Shown in pieces: positions 31,064-43,414 of a DNA stretch of 64,000 bases; the stretch's first letter is position 1; every line of letters begins with the position of its first letter. The notes under the pieces are model-generated. The model was not told the origin of the DNA and ran no database searches. It saw only the letters and a list, made by a program, of their open reading frames with translations. Both the position numbers and the translations under genes were made by a program. Location of the stretch: positions 25,048,001-25,112,000 of the forward strand of contig OZ024744.1 in the NCBI GenBank assembly GCA_964016885.1, written 5' to 3'. Source of the stretch: Eledone cirrhosa. Its lineage: Eukaryota.

Positions 31064-31311
31064 GGCGAGATAGTGCTTTTAAATGAATTTATCTGTTAGT
31101 CACAGGTATGGGTTTGGTTGGTGCAGATTATTACGCAATGGGGTCATAGTCGCTGCAGATAATAAGTATTGTTTATTATTATACAGAAACTGCGTAATAT
31201 ATAATATGACAGCTGCAGGTTGAGAACGCCTGTCTTCCCAATACTGGTATAATGGGGAGTATAAGTCAGGATATATAGATGATGTCTGAGGTTGGAAATA
31301 TAGATATATGC

Positions 31312-31342
<31 letters not shown>

Positions 31343-31419
31343 AGTATATATATATACATATGCATATATATATATATAAGTATACATATACATATGCATA
31401 TATATATATATATATATAT

Positions 31420-31513
<94 letters not shown>

Positions 31514-31528
31514 GTATATATATATATA

Positions 31529-31590
<62 letters not shown>

Positions 31591-31599
31591 AGTATGTAT

Positions 31600-31793
31600 A
31601 TAGGAAAAAGTATGACCCCGACGGCAGAGCTCAAGCAGTTTCGACGGCTATTTCAGACCAGAAATAGCCGTCGAAACGGCTTGAGCTCTGCCGTCGGGGT
31701 CATACTTTTTCCTATTTCTCGCTCTACTACCCTAAGTATTGAGTACTCTGGTGCGTTATGGTCCATCTGGTTCCTTACCACAATTGCTTTGTT
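31600..31793 (+). mobile_element. Fold-back repeat family A (HHR 3' half plus ~100-nt tail), probably Penelope-derived
   Basis: Near-perfect palindrome 31600-31715 followed by TACTACCCTAAGTATTGAGTACTCTGGTGCGTTATGGTCCATCTGGTTCCTTACCAC and then (TA)n. Other copies: 673-843, 1812-1967(-), 7881-7965(-), 22459-22646, 49141-49302, 49393-49498(-), 50576-50769. Confidence 0.8.
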
Positions 31794-32228
31794 AAGTATA
31801 TATATATACATATGTATATACATAAATATGCATATATATATATGCATATGTATATATATATACTTATATTATATATACATCTGTATATATAAAGAGGAAG
31901 ATGTTCACAAGCGGAACACTTTCAATCATAAGTCTGATCGAAATTGGTGTTTAAACGACGCGACGCGGCAACAAGAATAATACTGGTAACAATACTGACT
32001 ATAAGAATCGTAATTACAAGACACACACACGCGCATACACACACACACACATACACAGATAAGCACAAACATACAATAAAGGTAAAGTCGAAGCAACAGC
32101 TGCACAGATAGAGAAAGATATCCAGTCGCACGTGATACGAGGAGCAACTAATGCAGGCAGTTGATTTAATAAGAACGAAAAGGAAAAGGAAAACAAAGAA
32201 AATTAGTAAACAAATATAACAATGAAGA

Positions 32229-32260
<32 letters not shown>

Positions 32261-32634
32261 TGTTTTTCTTTGGCACGAGGCCAGCAATTATACCAGTGTA
32301 TTACTGGTACTTTATTTTATCGACCCCGTAAGGATGAAAGGCAAAGTTAACTTCGGCGGGATTTGAACTCAGAATGGCAAGGGCCGTAACTCTATGCGTC
32401 AAAGCATGGTGTCCGACCCTCTACCGATACTGCTAATAATTGTTTCTGCTTTTGGCACAAGGCCAGCAACTACCCAGTGTATTACTGGTACTTTATTTTA
32501 TCGACCCCGTAAGGATGAAAGGCTAAGTTAACCTCGGCGGGATTTGAACTCAGACCATAAAGGGCCGTCACTCTTTGCTGCAAAGCATGGCGTCCGACCA
32601 TCTACCGATACTGCCAATCCACCATAATAATAAT

Positions 32635-34825
32635 GGTGTGCAAGGGTATTGGATTAAAAACATAACATCCCTCCACCCGAAACTGACAACCATGTTCAAT
32701 GACTGCTTGATGTCGGGTAGGGTAGCAGAGTGGTTGACAAAAGGTACCACAGTCCTGGTAATGAAAGACCGAATCAAGGGTAATGATGTTACCAACTATA
32801 GGCCTATCACATGTTTGTCCGTACTGTGGAAACTCTTAACAAGCATTGTGTCTGAGCAAATCTACCATCACCTCCACATAAACAACTTGTTACCGGACGA
32901 ACAGAAAGGATGCCGAAAGAAGTCCCGTGGTACAAAGGACCAGTTACTTATTGATAAGATGGTAACGAGGAATTGCAAGAGGAGACACACTGGTCTTGCC
33001 ATGGGATGGATAGACTACAAAAAGGCATTTGACATGGTGCCTCATTCTTGGATAACCAAAGGCCTAGAGATCTTCAAGGTGGCAGATAACATCAGACAGT
33101 TGTTGAGCAAAAGTATGAAGTCCTGGGAAACAGAGTTAACATCGGGTGGAGAATCCTTGGGAGGCGTGAAGATCAAGAGAGGTATCTTCCAGGGAGATAG
33201 TTTGTCCCCTTTATTGTTTGTCCTTGCCCTCATACCCCTGCCCGTCATATTGCGAAAAGTGAGAGCAGGATACAAGTTGGGAAAGGGAGAGCTTACCATC
33301 AACACCTCCTCTTCATGGATGGTCTTAAACTCTTTGGGAAGAGTGAGAAAGAGTTGGATGTACTTGTTGACACTGTCCGTATTTTCAGCAATGATATATG
33401 TATGCAATTTGGTATTAGTAAGTGTGGAGTCCTAGTGATGAAGAGGGGTAAATTGAGCAGAAGCAACGGAATCCAGGTACCAACAGGTGAGATGATAAAG
33501 GAAATTGATACTGAAGAGGGATACAAATATTTAGGCGTTCTGGAGGCAAATGACATCAAGAACAAAAAAATTAAGGAATTGATAAGATCTGAGTACATTC
33601 GGAGAGTAAGGAGCGTATTAAAATCACATCTAAATAGTAGGAATGTCATAAGTGCAGTAAATTCCCGAACTGTGTCTATTATTAGGTACAGTGCGGGAAT
33701 TCTGAGATGGAATGTTGCTGAACAAAAAGAAATGGATAGGAAGACTAGGAAGCTATTGCCTATCTACAACATGTTCCACAAGAGGAGTGATGTCGATAGA
33801 CTCTACTTAAGGAGATCTGAAGGTGGAAGAGGTCTTATCAGCATAGAGGACTGTGTTCAGATGGAGAAAAACAACCTGCACAAATAGGTGACTGATAGTA
33901 GGGAGGCAATGCTTAAAATTGTACTGAAGTAGAGGACAATAGACCAGGGGATGCCAAGGAGGAAATAACAACGACGAGGAAGAGAAACTTTCATGAAAAA
34001 TCCCTTCATAGTACCTTCTTTGAGAAAACTGAATTTAGATATCCACAGACATGGGACTGGTTGAAAAGAGGAAACCTTAAAAAGGCTACAGAAGGAATGC
34101 TAATGGCTGCGCAAGAGCAGGCCCTCAGAACGAAGTGGCTGAAACACCATATTTACAAGGAGGAGTCTAGCTCACTGTGCAAGATATGTGGAGAGAGAGG
34201 AGACTGTGGCTCACATTGTATCCGAGTGTAAACACCAGGCCCAGACTCACTATAAAGACTGGAGACATGATGTGATGGGCAGGGTGATCCACTGGCACCT
34301 ATGCAAAGTAAACAATTTACCACATTCTGAGAAGTGGTATGAGCATAAGCCAGAGGCGGTGATAGAAAACGATCAGCTGAAGGTGCTGTGGGATTTTAGG
34401 ATACAGGCGGACAACAAACTGGAACACAATAGGCCTGAGCTGGTGATTTTGGACAAGGACAAAAGATCGTGCCTGATTGCGGATGTGGCCTGCCCATTTG
34501 ACACGAGAGTGCAAGAAAAGGAGAGGGAGAAAATTAACCGATACCAGGCCTTATAGTGGGAGGTAAAAAGGATTTGGAACTGCCATGAGGTCAAAGTGGT
34601 CCCGATTGTCATAGGCGCACTAGGTACTATCTCAAAGAGTTTCCAAGGATGGTCAAAGAAGATAAGTCCAGCCCCGCTTTTTGGAACACTTCAAAAGACA
34701 TGATTGCTGGGAACAGCAATAACCCTCCGATACGTCCTGAATATCTGAGGCTGCAGGTAGTGGCTTGATATTCATTTCAACAAACTTTCCAGTTAACTAA
34801 CATCAATGACTGAGACTCAAAGAAC

Positions 34826-34826
<1 letters not shown>
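32635..34826 (+). mobile_element. 5'-truncated non-LTR retrotransposon with restriction-like endonuclease (R4/Dong-like), degenerate copy
   Basis: RT motifs NYRPITCL, EQKGC, IDYKKAFDMVPH, GIFQGDSLSPLLF, FMDG (YADD position), YKYLG, then a CCHC knuckle, WRHD and the RPE/D...DVACP endonuclease. Contains frameshifts and stops; flanked by (TAA)n. Confidence 0.9.
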
Positions 34827-34858
<32 letters not shown>

Positions 34859-34861
<3 letters not shown>

Positions 34862-36075
34862 CGTACTGAAGTCACATCTGAACAGCAGAAATGCCATAAG
34901 CGCAGTAAATTCCCGAGCTGTGTCTATTATTAGGTACAGTGCGGGAATTCTGAGATGGAATGTTGCTGAACAAAAAGAAATGGATAGGAAGACTAGGAAG
35001 CTATTGACTATCTACAACATGTTCCACAAGAGGAGTGATGTCGATAGACTCTACCTAAGGAGATCTGAGGGTGGAAGAGGTCTTATCAGCATAGAGGACT
35101 GTGTTCAAATGGAGAAAAACAACCTATACAAATACGTGACCTATAGTAAGGAGCCAATGCTCAGAACTGTACTGAAGGAGGGGACAGTAGGCCAGGGGAT
35201 GTCCAAGGAGGAAATAACATCAAGGAGGAAGAGCAGCCTTAAGGGAAAATCCCTTCATAGTACCTTCTTTGAGAAAACTGAATTTAGATATCCACAGACA
35301 TGGAACTGGTTGAGAAGAGGAGACCTCAAAAAGGCTACAGAAGGAATGCTAATGGCTGCGCAGGAGCAGGCCCTCAAAACGAAGTGGTTGAAGCACCATA
35401 TCTACAAGGAGGAGGCTAGCCCACTGTGCAGGATCTGTGGAGAGAGAGAGGAGACTGTGGCTCACATTGTGTCCGAGTGTAAACACCTAGCCCAGACCCA
35501 CTATAAGGGCTGGAGACACGATGTGATGGGCAGGGTGATCCACTGGCACCTGTGCAAAGTAAACAATCTACCACATTCTGAGAAATGGTATGAGCATAGG
35601 CCAGAGGCGGTGATGGAGAACGATAAGGTGAAGGTGCTGTGGGATTTTAGGATACAGACGGACAAAAAACTGGAACACAATAGACCTGACCTGGTGGTTG
35701 TGGACAAAGAAAAAAGATCGTGCCTGATTGTGGATGTGGCCTGCCCGTTCGACACGAGAGTGCAAGAGAAGGAGAGGGAGAAAATTAACCGATACCAGGA
35801 CCTAAAGTGGGAGGTGAAAAGGATTTGGAACTGCCATGAAGTCAAAGTGATCCCGATTGTCATAGGCGCACTGGGGACTATCTCCAAAGGTTTCCAGGGA
35901 TGGTTAAGGAAAATCGGCCCCTTCACGCTTTTTGGAACGCTTCAAAAGGCATGCTTGCTTGGAACAGCAAGAACCCTCCGATACGTCCTGAATATCTGAG
36001 GCTGCAGGTAGTGGCTTGATATTCAATCCAACGGACTTTCCAGTTAACCAACATCAATGACTGAGATTCAAGGAA
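34859..36075 (+). mobile_element. Second, shorter 5'-truncated copy of the same R4/Dong-like LINE with an intact C-terminal ORF
   Basis: Open frame to TGA 35999 with CRICGEREETVAHIVSEC (CCHC), WRHD, RPDLVVVD, IVDVACP and KINRYQDL. Same ~75-nt 3' UTR as the first copy. Begins inside the (TAA)n tail of the first copy. Confidence 0.92.
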
Positions 36076-36510
36076 TAACAATAACAATAATAATAATAAT
36101 AATGATAATGATTTCTACTATAATCACAAGGCCAGCATTTTGTGGGGAGGGGAAAATCAAAAATCGACCCCAGTGCATTACTGGTACTTTATTTCATCGG
36201 CCTCGAAAGGATGAAAGGCAAAGTTAACCATGGTGGGATTTGAACTCAAAATGTAAACGGTCTTAACCCTATGCTACAAAGCATGGTGTCTGACGCTCCA
36301 CCGATAAAGATGATGGTGATGGTGATGTTGATGATAATAATGATAATGGTAATGATGAAGTTGACGCATGCCAGAAGTGACTAAATATGCTTTAGCTATT
36401 GAAAACTAGATAGGCTAGTATCTGATGTACATGTATGTTTATGTACGTATGTGTGTGTATGTGCATGTTTATATATACACACAGATACACATACATACAC
36501 ACACACACAC

Positions 36511-36580
<70 letters not shown>

Positions 36581-37217
36581 TACAGTGTCCTTTAGTTACA
36601 ATAGTTTCTCTGGCTGTCTGTGACAGATTTTCACTTGGACAGGCATCAAATCTTCAGACTATATTGACTATAATGGAATCGATATAGACTGATGACCTGG
36701 TCTGTCACAGTTAAAATGTGAAATAAAGAACCAGAAAAAAAAATGTACCAAAAACGACACCGTAGTTTGTGATAAATATATATCTTTACTATAACAGTTT
36801 CCATAGATTGAATGCTCTCCCGTCTTTGGATATTCTTTAACACAACAAACGGCTTAATAGTTTCATAGTATAACGGTATTGATTAATAAGGCTATTCAGT
36901 TCTGAATTGAAATCTCGCTTATATCTAATTTGCATATCGTGAATTCGAGTACGATAGGGGGGGCACACACACACACACACACACACATAGTGCAGTCATT
37001 TTAAATTACTAAAATACCGCCTATACGACCCTCCTGACTCTCCCACTCCCATCTTTGTCTGTCTCATACATATATGCATTGATATACATCGCAATTATAC
37101 GTTTACAGATACATCTACTAATTTATATATAGACATATATGCATATCATTCAAACAATATAGTCATAGATATGCATATACACGAACACAAACACACACTC
37201 AAATATATATATATATA

Positions 37218-37295
<78 letters not shown>

Positions 37296-37400
37296 TATAA
37301 GTAGGTGAATTTGCGTGTTGTATGTAGAATCTGTACCTATTTTTAAACCCATATATATATACATATGTTATACATACGTATTTTCTTTCTATTTTTACAG

Positions 37401-37572
37401 CAGAAAACACACCTCTCTTCAAATGTCCGACGTGTCCTGATGTCTTTGATACATACACTGCTCTCCAGAGACACATTTTAATATCCGGTTGTGGCCGAAC
37501 ATTGCCGATGGCTGACGAAGTGTACCATGCACGGGACACTGAATGCGATAAAATTGAAAACGAGGCCAAAAG
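37401..37572 (+). CDS. MECOM: MECOM/PRDM16/hamlet-like gene, internal coding exon A (C2HC-type first zinc finger)
   Basis: Pyrimidine tract plus tacag acceptor (tandem CAGCAG). Reads [30 protein letters not shown]...ENEAK. Donor AG|gtacaa at 37573 is phase 2 and joins exon B to rebuild an AGA (Arg) codon. Resembles the C2HC first finger of EVI1/PRDM16. Confidence 0.75.
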
Positions 37573-37769
37573 GTACAAAGAAAATTTACTTCTAAAATGT
37601 TGTTCTCACACACACGCCCAAACTCATGTACACACACACGCACATGCATACAAACTCACACAAACACGTGCTCAGTTATTTCTTTGTGTTTAAGAATGAT
37701 GTTAAATTTAGCTTATAATGCCATTAGCAACATAATGTTTCTTCTTATGAAGTTATGTTGGTTTTCTAC

Positions 37770-37821
<52 letters not shown>

Positions 37822-37880
37822 TATGTATGTATGGTATGTATGGGTGTGTATCTATATATATGTATATATATGTGTGTGTA

Positions 37881-37927
<47 letters not shown>

Positions 37928-38967
37928 CTATATATCTATATATGTGTGGGCCTGTGTATGGCTGCCCAAATATATAATAAACACCCCATAAAACAGTTCA
38001 TGATATGCTTTACACTAAACCATAAATTACCACTAATAATGCACCATGTGTAGAAGATAAAAATTAAAAACCCTCTCATCAGTAATAACCTGAAACATAA
38101 TTCACGAACAAGTTACTAATTACCAATGGGGTTGCAAGACAGTTGTTAGTTTAATGGCTATAGCTGTTCTATTGACCATACTAACACTACATCCTCCGAC
38201 CAGTTGCCATCCACAATATAAGTTAACACATAACAAAAACGAGAATAGGAAAACATTAGTTGAAAACTCCTCTATACTTTACAGAATGCCACACAATCCT
38301 AAGTAATAATTAATAATAAAAGCACAACTAAACTGAACATCCAGACGATATATTTTAATCGCAAACAAAAATAAACAACTAACCTATGACAGAAATCTAA
38401 CGATTAGCAACACTTCATCTCCTGAAAATGGGCCTATTTGGTTTTAAATTGTCCACGATGGATTTGACATATTTCTCTTTGTAACTTCCATTCTCTCACT
38501 CTCTATTCTTCTTTGGGAGAAATCTGCTATATTCAGACATGGAGAGGAGATGGCATCGCCAGGTTTAATAATGTCCTAAAAACGCCGTATCTGAATGCGA
38601 CACCACTAACACTCCCTCAGCAGTTTCCGGGCCATACATACATATGTAATTCGAAGTATATTATCATGTCATAATTAAATGAAAATAAAAGAAATCAAAA
38701 GAAAGAAGAAGATGGAGTGGGAGGCTGGAGACAAAATGGGGTGGGGTGGGGGCAAACATTATAAATTAGCAGGGCAGTAGATCTGAGGTGTGCCCTAATG
38801 ACAAGATGGTGAAAGCAGAGAACAGGCACCGATATTAGTTTTATCAGCCATTCCACCTTGCAGGTGTCTTCCTTCTTTTGGCGTGAGAACTCCGTCACGA
38901 TTTGTTATTTTGGACATTATGTAAATTAAACAATACACAGGAAAATACTATATATATATATATATAT

Positions 38968-39468
38968 TAGAAAGTGAGGTTTTTTCTCACAAAATGAAAA
39001 ATAACCGAGGTGTCCTACACGAGTGAAAGTATAAAGAAAAAAAGATGAAATCGAAAATGCAACTGGAGTCTTATTTTTAAAAAATATATATATTTATTTG
39101 ATTCCTTTACCGGTTTCGCAGTTCTTCTGCTTTTCAAAAGTAGCGTTGAGATGGAGGGTCTGTGGTTTTTCTCACATATGCGAAACCGGTAAAGGAACCA
39201 AATAAAATATATATATTATTTTAAATAAGACTCCAGTTGCATTTTCGATTTCATCTTTTTTTCTTTATATATATATATGTCACAAACCCTCCAACTCAAT
39301 TCTACTTTTGAAAAGCACAAGAACTACGAAACCGGTAAAGGAACCAAATAAATATATTTAAAAAAAAGACTCCAGCTGCATTTTCGATTTCAGTTTTTTC
39401 CCTTATACTTTCACTCGTGTACGACACCTCGTTTCTTTTCCATTTTGTAAAGAACCTGACTTTCTAAT
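38968..39468. repeat. Inverted/tandem cluster of three copies of an HHR-bearing repeat
   Basis: Minus copy 38968-39165 and plus copies 39179-39268 and 39281-39468 share CGAAACCGGTAAAGGAA...GACTCCAG(T/C)TGCATTTTCGATTTCA. Confidence 0.85.
39105..39140 (-). ncRNA. Minimal hammerhead ribozyme motif, U3-A8 core variant
   Basis: Minus strand CUU-UUGAAAA-GCAG AAGAA CUGC-GAAA-CCGG-UA-AAG: all three stems pair, and the C3-G8 pair is replaced by U3-A8. Confidence 0.75.
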
Positions 39469-39482
39469 ATATATATGTGTGT

Positions 39483-39612
39483 GTAAAAGGTAAACAGCAA
39501 TAACAACACATACAGTATATGGAAGGGATATATTAGATTAACGCTTGATATGGCAGGAGGAGGGTCTTAACTTTTCGGACGCTAGTTCATCATCAGAAGA
39601 AAGAATGAGAAA
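39483..39612 (-). mobile_element. Solo remnant of the Penelope terminal repeat (matches 8375-8505), with HHR at 39565-39600
   Basis: The reverse complement aligns to 8375-8505 (TTCTTTCTTCTG...GTCCGAAA.GTTAAGACCCT...AGCGTTAA...CTGTTTACCTTTTAC). Confidence 0.75.
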
Positions 39613-40418
39613 TAAGATAGATTCAGGGGAAGGGCGGGATGGTTGTGGAAAAAAGTCTTTATATATATATATATATATATATATTAGGAAAATCAAAAGA
39701 AGTTACTTTGTGAAATAAGGCAAAAATTGGCAAGTCTCGATCGTACGTATATTGAGCAAAATGGTTGGTGACATTAGTGAGAAGCTATATGGTTGTTCAG
39801 TGAACTGTAATCTAAACTGTCCATTCTATATCTCAATTAGCGACGTTTGTAGTCGCCACAGTGCATAAGTGTTCTCTTCCTGTACTTTTACAATCAGTCA
39901 CAAATCTATTACATCCCACTTGCCATCCAGTTAACATTCATAAAAATAATGATGATGATGATGATGATGATTTCATTTATTGGCCACAAGGGCCGAATAA
40001 TAATAATAATGATAATGAGATTGATAATGATAATAATGATAATAATAAAAAAGATATCAACAGATTAAAATGTCACGCCATCTCGGTCTTCCTCCTCCAC
40101 CTATCAAAGTTACCAGCACCACTACCACAACGACATCAACGACAAAAGCAGCCATCAGCAGCACCACCACCACTACCACCACAACAACAACCAGCACCAC
40201 TGCAACTACCATGACAACAACAACAGCAACAACACACCCGCTACTACGACCGGTGGTGCAGCCGCTGTCGCTGTAATTTCTACCAACATTACAACCACCA
40301 CCACAACACCATCGCTACCACAACAATTATCATCACAAAAACAAAAACAACACAACAAATACCACATATATCACGATTTATATTAGTTTAATGCTTGACA
40401 TAGTAGGAAAAGAGATTT

Positions 40419-40467
<49 letters not shown>

Positions 40468-41161
40468 GTGTGTGTGAGGGGGAGATGAGATTGTTCCAGC
40501 TGATCCACCTTTAACAATAGATCTGTCTTCTCTATCATGGCTGACCTAGCATTGAACAACAAAAATATCAACAAACACCACATAACAAAAAATAGTAATA
40601 TATACACATATGATTCAATGTTTAATTCTCTTATTTGCACTTTCATAAGTAGGACATATTCTTTTCTTTTTTGCTTTTAATTAGACAGATAATTGAAGTT
40701 TTCTCTAGCCGCTCTTAGAAGTCCCTATTAAGAACAATTTAAATAGTTCCAACTAATGAGCTTTGATTGCTTTATAAGTATTTAGTTTTGAGGTCAAATC
40801 TACACCAAGGTCGACTCGGTTGATTATATATTTCTGAATGGCCACCGTTTTTCTTTAGATGTTTTCACCGAATTTTGAAGCATTAATTATTTAGCACGAA
40901 AGACTGGTAAATATTGCAGCAGTTTGACTGCTATTTCTAGTATGCCGTGCGACCACATAAAGGTTCCGTCTTTGACTCTTAATGATTTTTTTCTCCCATT
41001 CACACATGGCCAATAGAGCAGGTTTGCATAGATACATGGAACCGTAGCTGTTTGTGGAGACGTAAAGCCATCATGCATCGTATCTTGGGTATTTTAAACC
41101 TGGCGAAGCCATCTCTTCTCCAGATGTTTACCCTCCCTATTTCCCTATTTCTTCCAAAAAA

Positions 41162-41203
<42 letters not shown>

Positions 41204-41302
41204 CCTTTCGCCCGTGGTCTTGCATCGCTTGGGTGAAGTGACCGTTTCTGCGCATGCGCGTTCATACAGTTGTTATTCCTGTTCCGTATAACCATTACCA
41301 GT

Positions 41303-41343
41303 CCGAGCTGAAGATCCGCATAAGGTGAAACAATTGTTCTCGG
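41303..41343 (+). ncRNA. Type I hammerhead ribozyme motif
   Basis: CCGAG-CUGAAGA-U CC GCAUAA GG U-GAAA-CAAUUG-UU-CUCGG: 5-bp stem I, intact core, palindromic stem III, predicted cut after GUU (41338). Confidence 0.8.
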
Positions 41344-41462
41344 TATAGTGAACTGTTGGGTATAAAGAAGATATAGAGGAAGAATAGACCCCAATTAGGG
41401 TCCGCTTCTACAAAACTGTTTTATGAAGTGAAATATATTTCACTAATAAATATTTTCTACCA

Positions 41463-42256
41463 ACACACCATCTCCGTCACCACCATCACCATCACCACCA
41501 CCATCACCACCACCACCATTACCACCACCAATACCACCACCAACACCACCACCACTACCACCAACACCACCACCATTACTCCCACCATTACCCCATTACC
41601 ATTACCATCACCACCATCACCACCATTACCATCACCACCACCATTACCCCATTACCATTACCACCCCATTACCATTACCACCACCACTACACCCATTACC
41701 ATTACCACCACCACCACCACGACCACCACCATTACCATCACCACCACCATTACCCCATTACCATTACCACCGCCATTACCATTACCACCACCACTATACC
41801 CATTACCATTACCACCATCACCACCACCGCCATTACCATTACCACCACCACTACACCCATTACCATTACCACCCCTATTACGATTACCACCACCACTACA
41901 CCCATTACCATTACCACCACCACCACCACCATTACCATCACCACCACCATTACTCCATTACCATTACCACCACCACTACACCCATTACCATCACCACCCC
42001 TATTACGATTACCACCACCACTACACCCATTACCATTACCACCACCACCATTACCACCACCACCACCATTACCACCACTACCACCACCATTACCATCACC
42101 ACCACCATTACCCCATTACCATTACCACCCCATTACCATCACCACCACCACTATACCCATTACCATTACCGCCACCACCACCACCACCATTACCACATTA
42201 CCATTACCCCCCCCCCCATTACCATTACCATTACCGCCACCACCACCATCACCACC
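41463..42256. repeat. Degenerate (ACC/ACCATT)n low-complexity repeat
   Basis: Directly visible CCA/CCATTA runs within an intron. Confidence 0.9.
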
Positions 42257-42363
42257 TCATTCATTGGCTTAAATATTATTTTCTTTACTTGTTAATATGA
42301 AAGTAATTGAATTAAGAGTGTAAATATAAGCTTTTTAGTGTGTCGGGGAAAGTTATCAGCCAA

Positions 42364-42890
42364 TCTAATATTTAAGTATTAGAGAACTGCGAGACTGTCA
42401 AACTTATTTTTTTTCTGAACACGTTATTAAAATACGTTGGATTACTTTGAATAAATCATGCATGGATATTATGTAATTAATCTACTAAATTTGTTAGCTC
42501 TTGATTAAACATAAATATTTTAAAATATATTGTATTGTTTATTTTAAGATTCACGTCCGTTATATCATAACATATATCCGTACGCTATATCATATCGCTT
42601 ATATAAACGTTGATATATTTGCATCATAACTCTTATATTTCTGTCGCTAAATTTCTCCTCTTTCGTTTTCATAACATTTCCCCGTAATGTAATTTATATA
42701 TAATATCGTCTTTTTAAAATGTATCATGGATTATTTTACTGATTACAGAAGAGAGTGTAACACAGTCCCTCTTCTTTTTCTGTGTATATTCTCAATTACG
42801 ATTTTATTTGACGTATCATATCTACATGCATGTCTATTTGCGTATAATATCAATATACACACTACACATACTAATAAAAATATACCTCTT
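42364..42890 (+). mobile_element. Diverged copy of the Helitron-like element, 3' hairpin lost
   Basis: Colinear similarity to 1340-1780, e.g. GTTGGATTACTTTGAATAAAT, ATCATGGATTA, CAGAAGA(C/G)AGTGTAACA, CAATTACGATTTTATTTGA, GTATAATAT(T/C)AATATACAC. Confidence 0.65.
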
Positions 42891-42895
42891 CATAG

Positions 42896-42965
42896 AGAAC
42901 CAATCAACAAGTGCCATCTCTGCAGTGAGACATTCGACTGGAGATCTGATTTGGTACGACATCAG
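42896..42965 (+). CDS. MECOM: MECOM/PRDM16/hamlet-like exon B (first part of a C2H2 finger)
   Basis: catag| acceptor. Reads EPINKCHLCSETFDWRSDLVRHQ, similar to the EVI1 finger 3 motif FNWKSNLIRHQ. Donor cag|gttcgt is phase 0; the finger's last His is supplied by the next exon (ALVH). Confidence 0.85.
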
Positions 42966-43414
42966 GTTCGTAAATTTATATTTATTTCAAAACTATTGTC
43001 AATGGCGGCTTTCTATTTTCTTCTTACTGAAGACTCGGAATTACAAGATGTAAAACTACAGAAATATAATTAGATTATGTATTGTGAAGTATGTATGTGT
43101 GTGTGTGTGTGTATGTATGTGTGTGTATATATGTGTGTGTGTGGGGGGCGCCGCAATGATTCCATCAGGAGTTACGGATCCATACATCCATACACACACA
43201 CACGTCCATATATATACACACACATACATACACACACACATACATATATATACACACACAGTCCATATTATTTCTTACGAATGAAACAGTTTTAGTCTTG
43301 TAGAAGTCATTTCTACAAGAAAATGAATATGTGTATATGTATATGTGTGTGTCTGTGTGTGTCTGTATTATGCGTGCGTATTTAACGTATTATTTTGTTT
43401 TACATTTTTTATAG

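Noticed and set aside
31070-31300. Unique-looking island considered as an upstream exon of the MECOM-like gene
   Set aside because: No PR/SET motif in + frames; the minus strand ([17 protein letters not shown]) looks more like a decayed Penelope RT fragment.
41428-42300. 290-aa Thr/Pro/His-rich ORF
   Set aside because: Translation of a degenerate ACC/ACCATT repeat inside an intron; the flanking exons join in phase without it.
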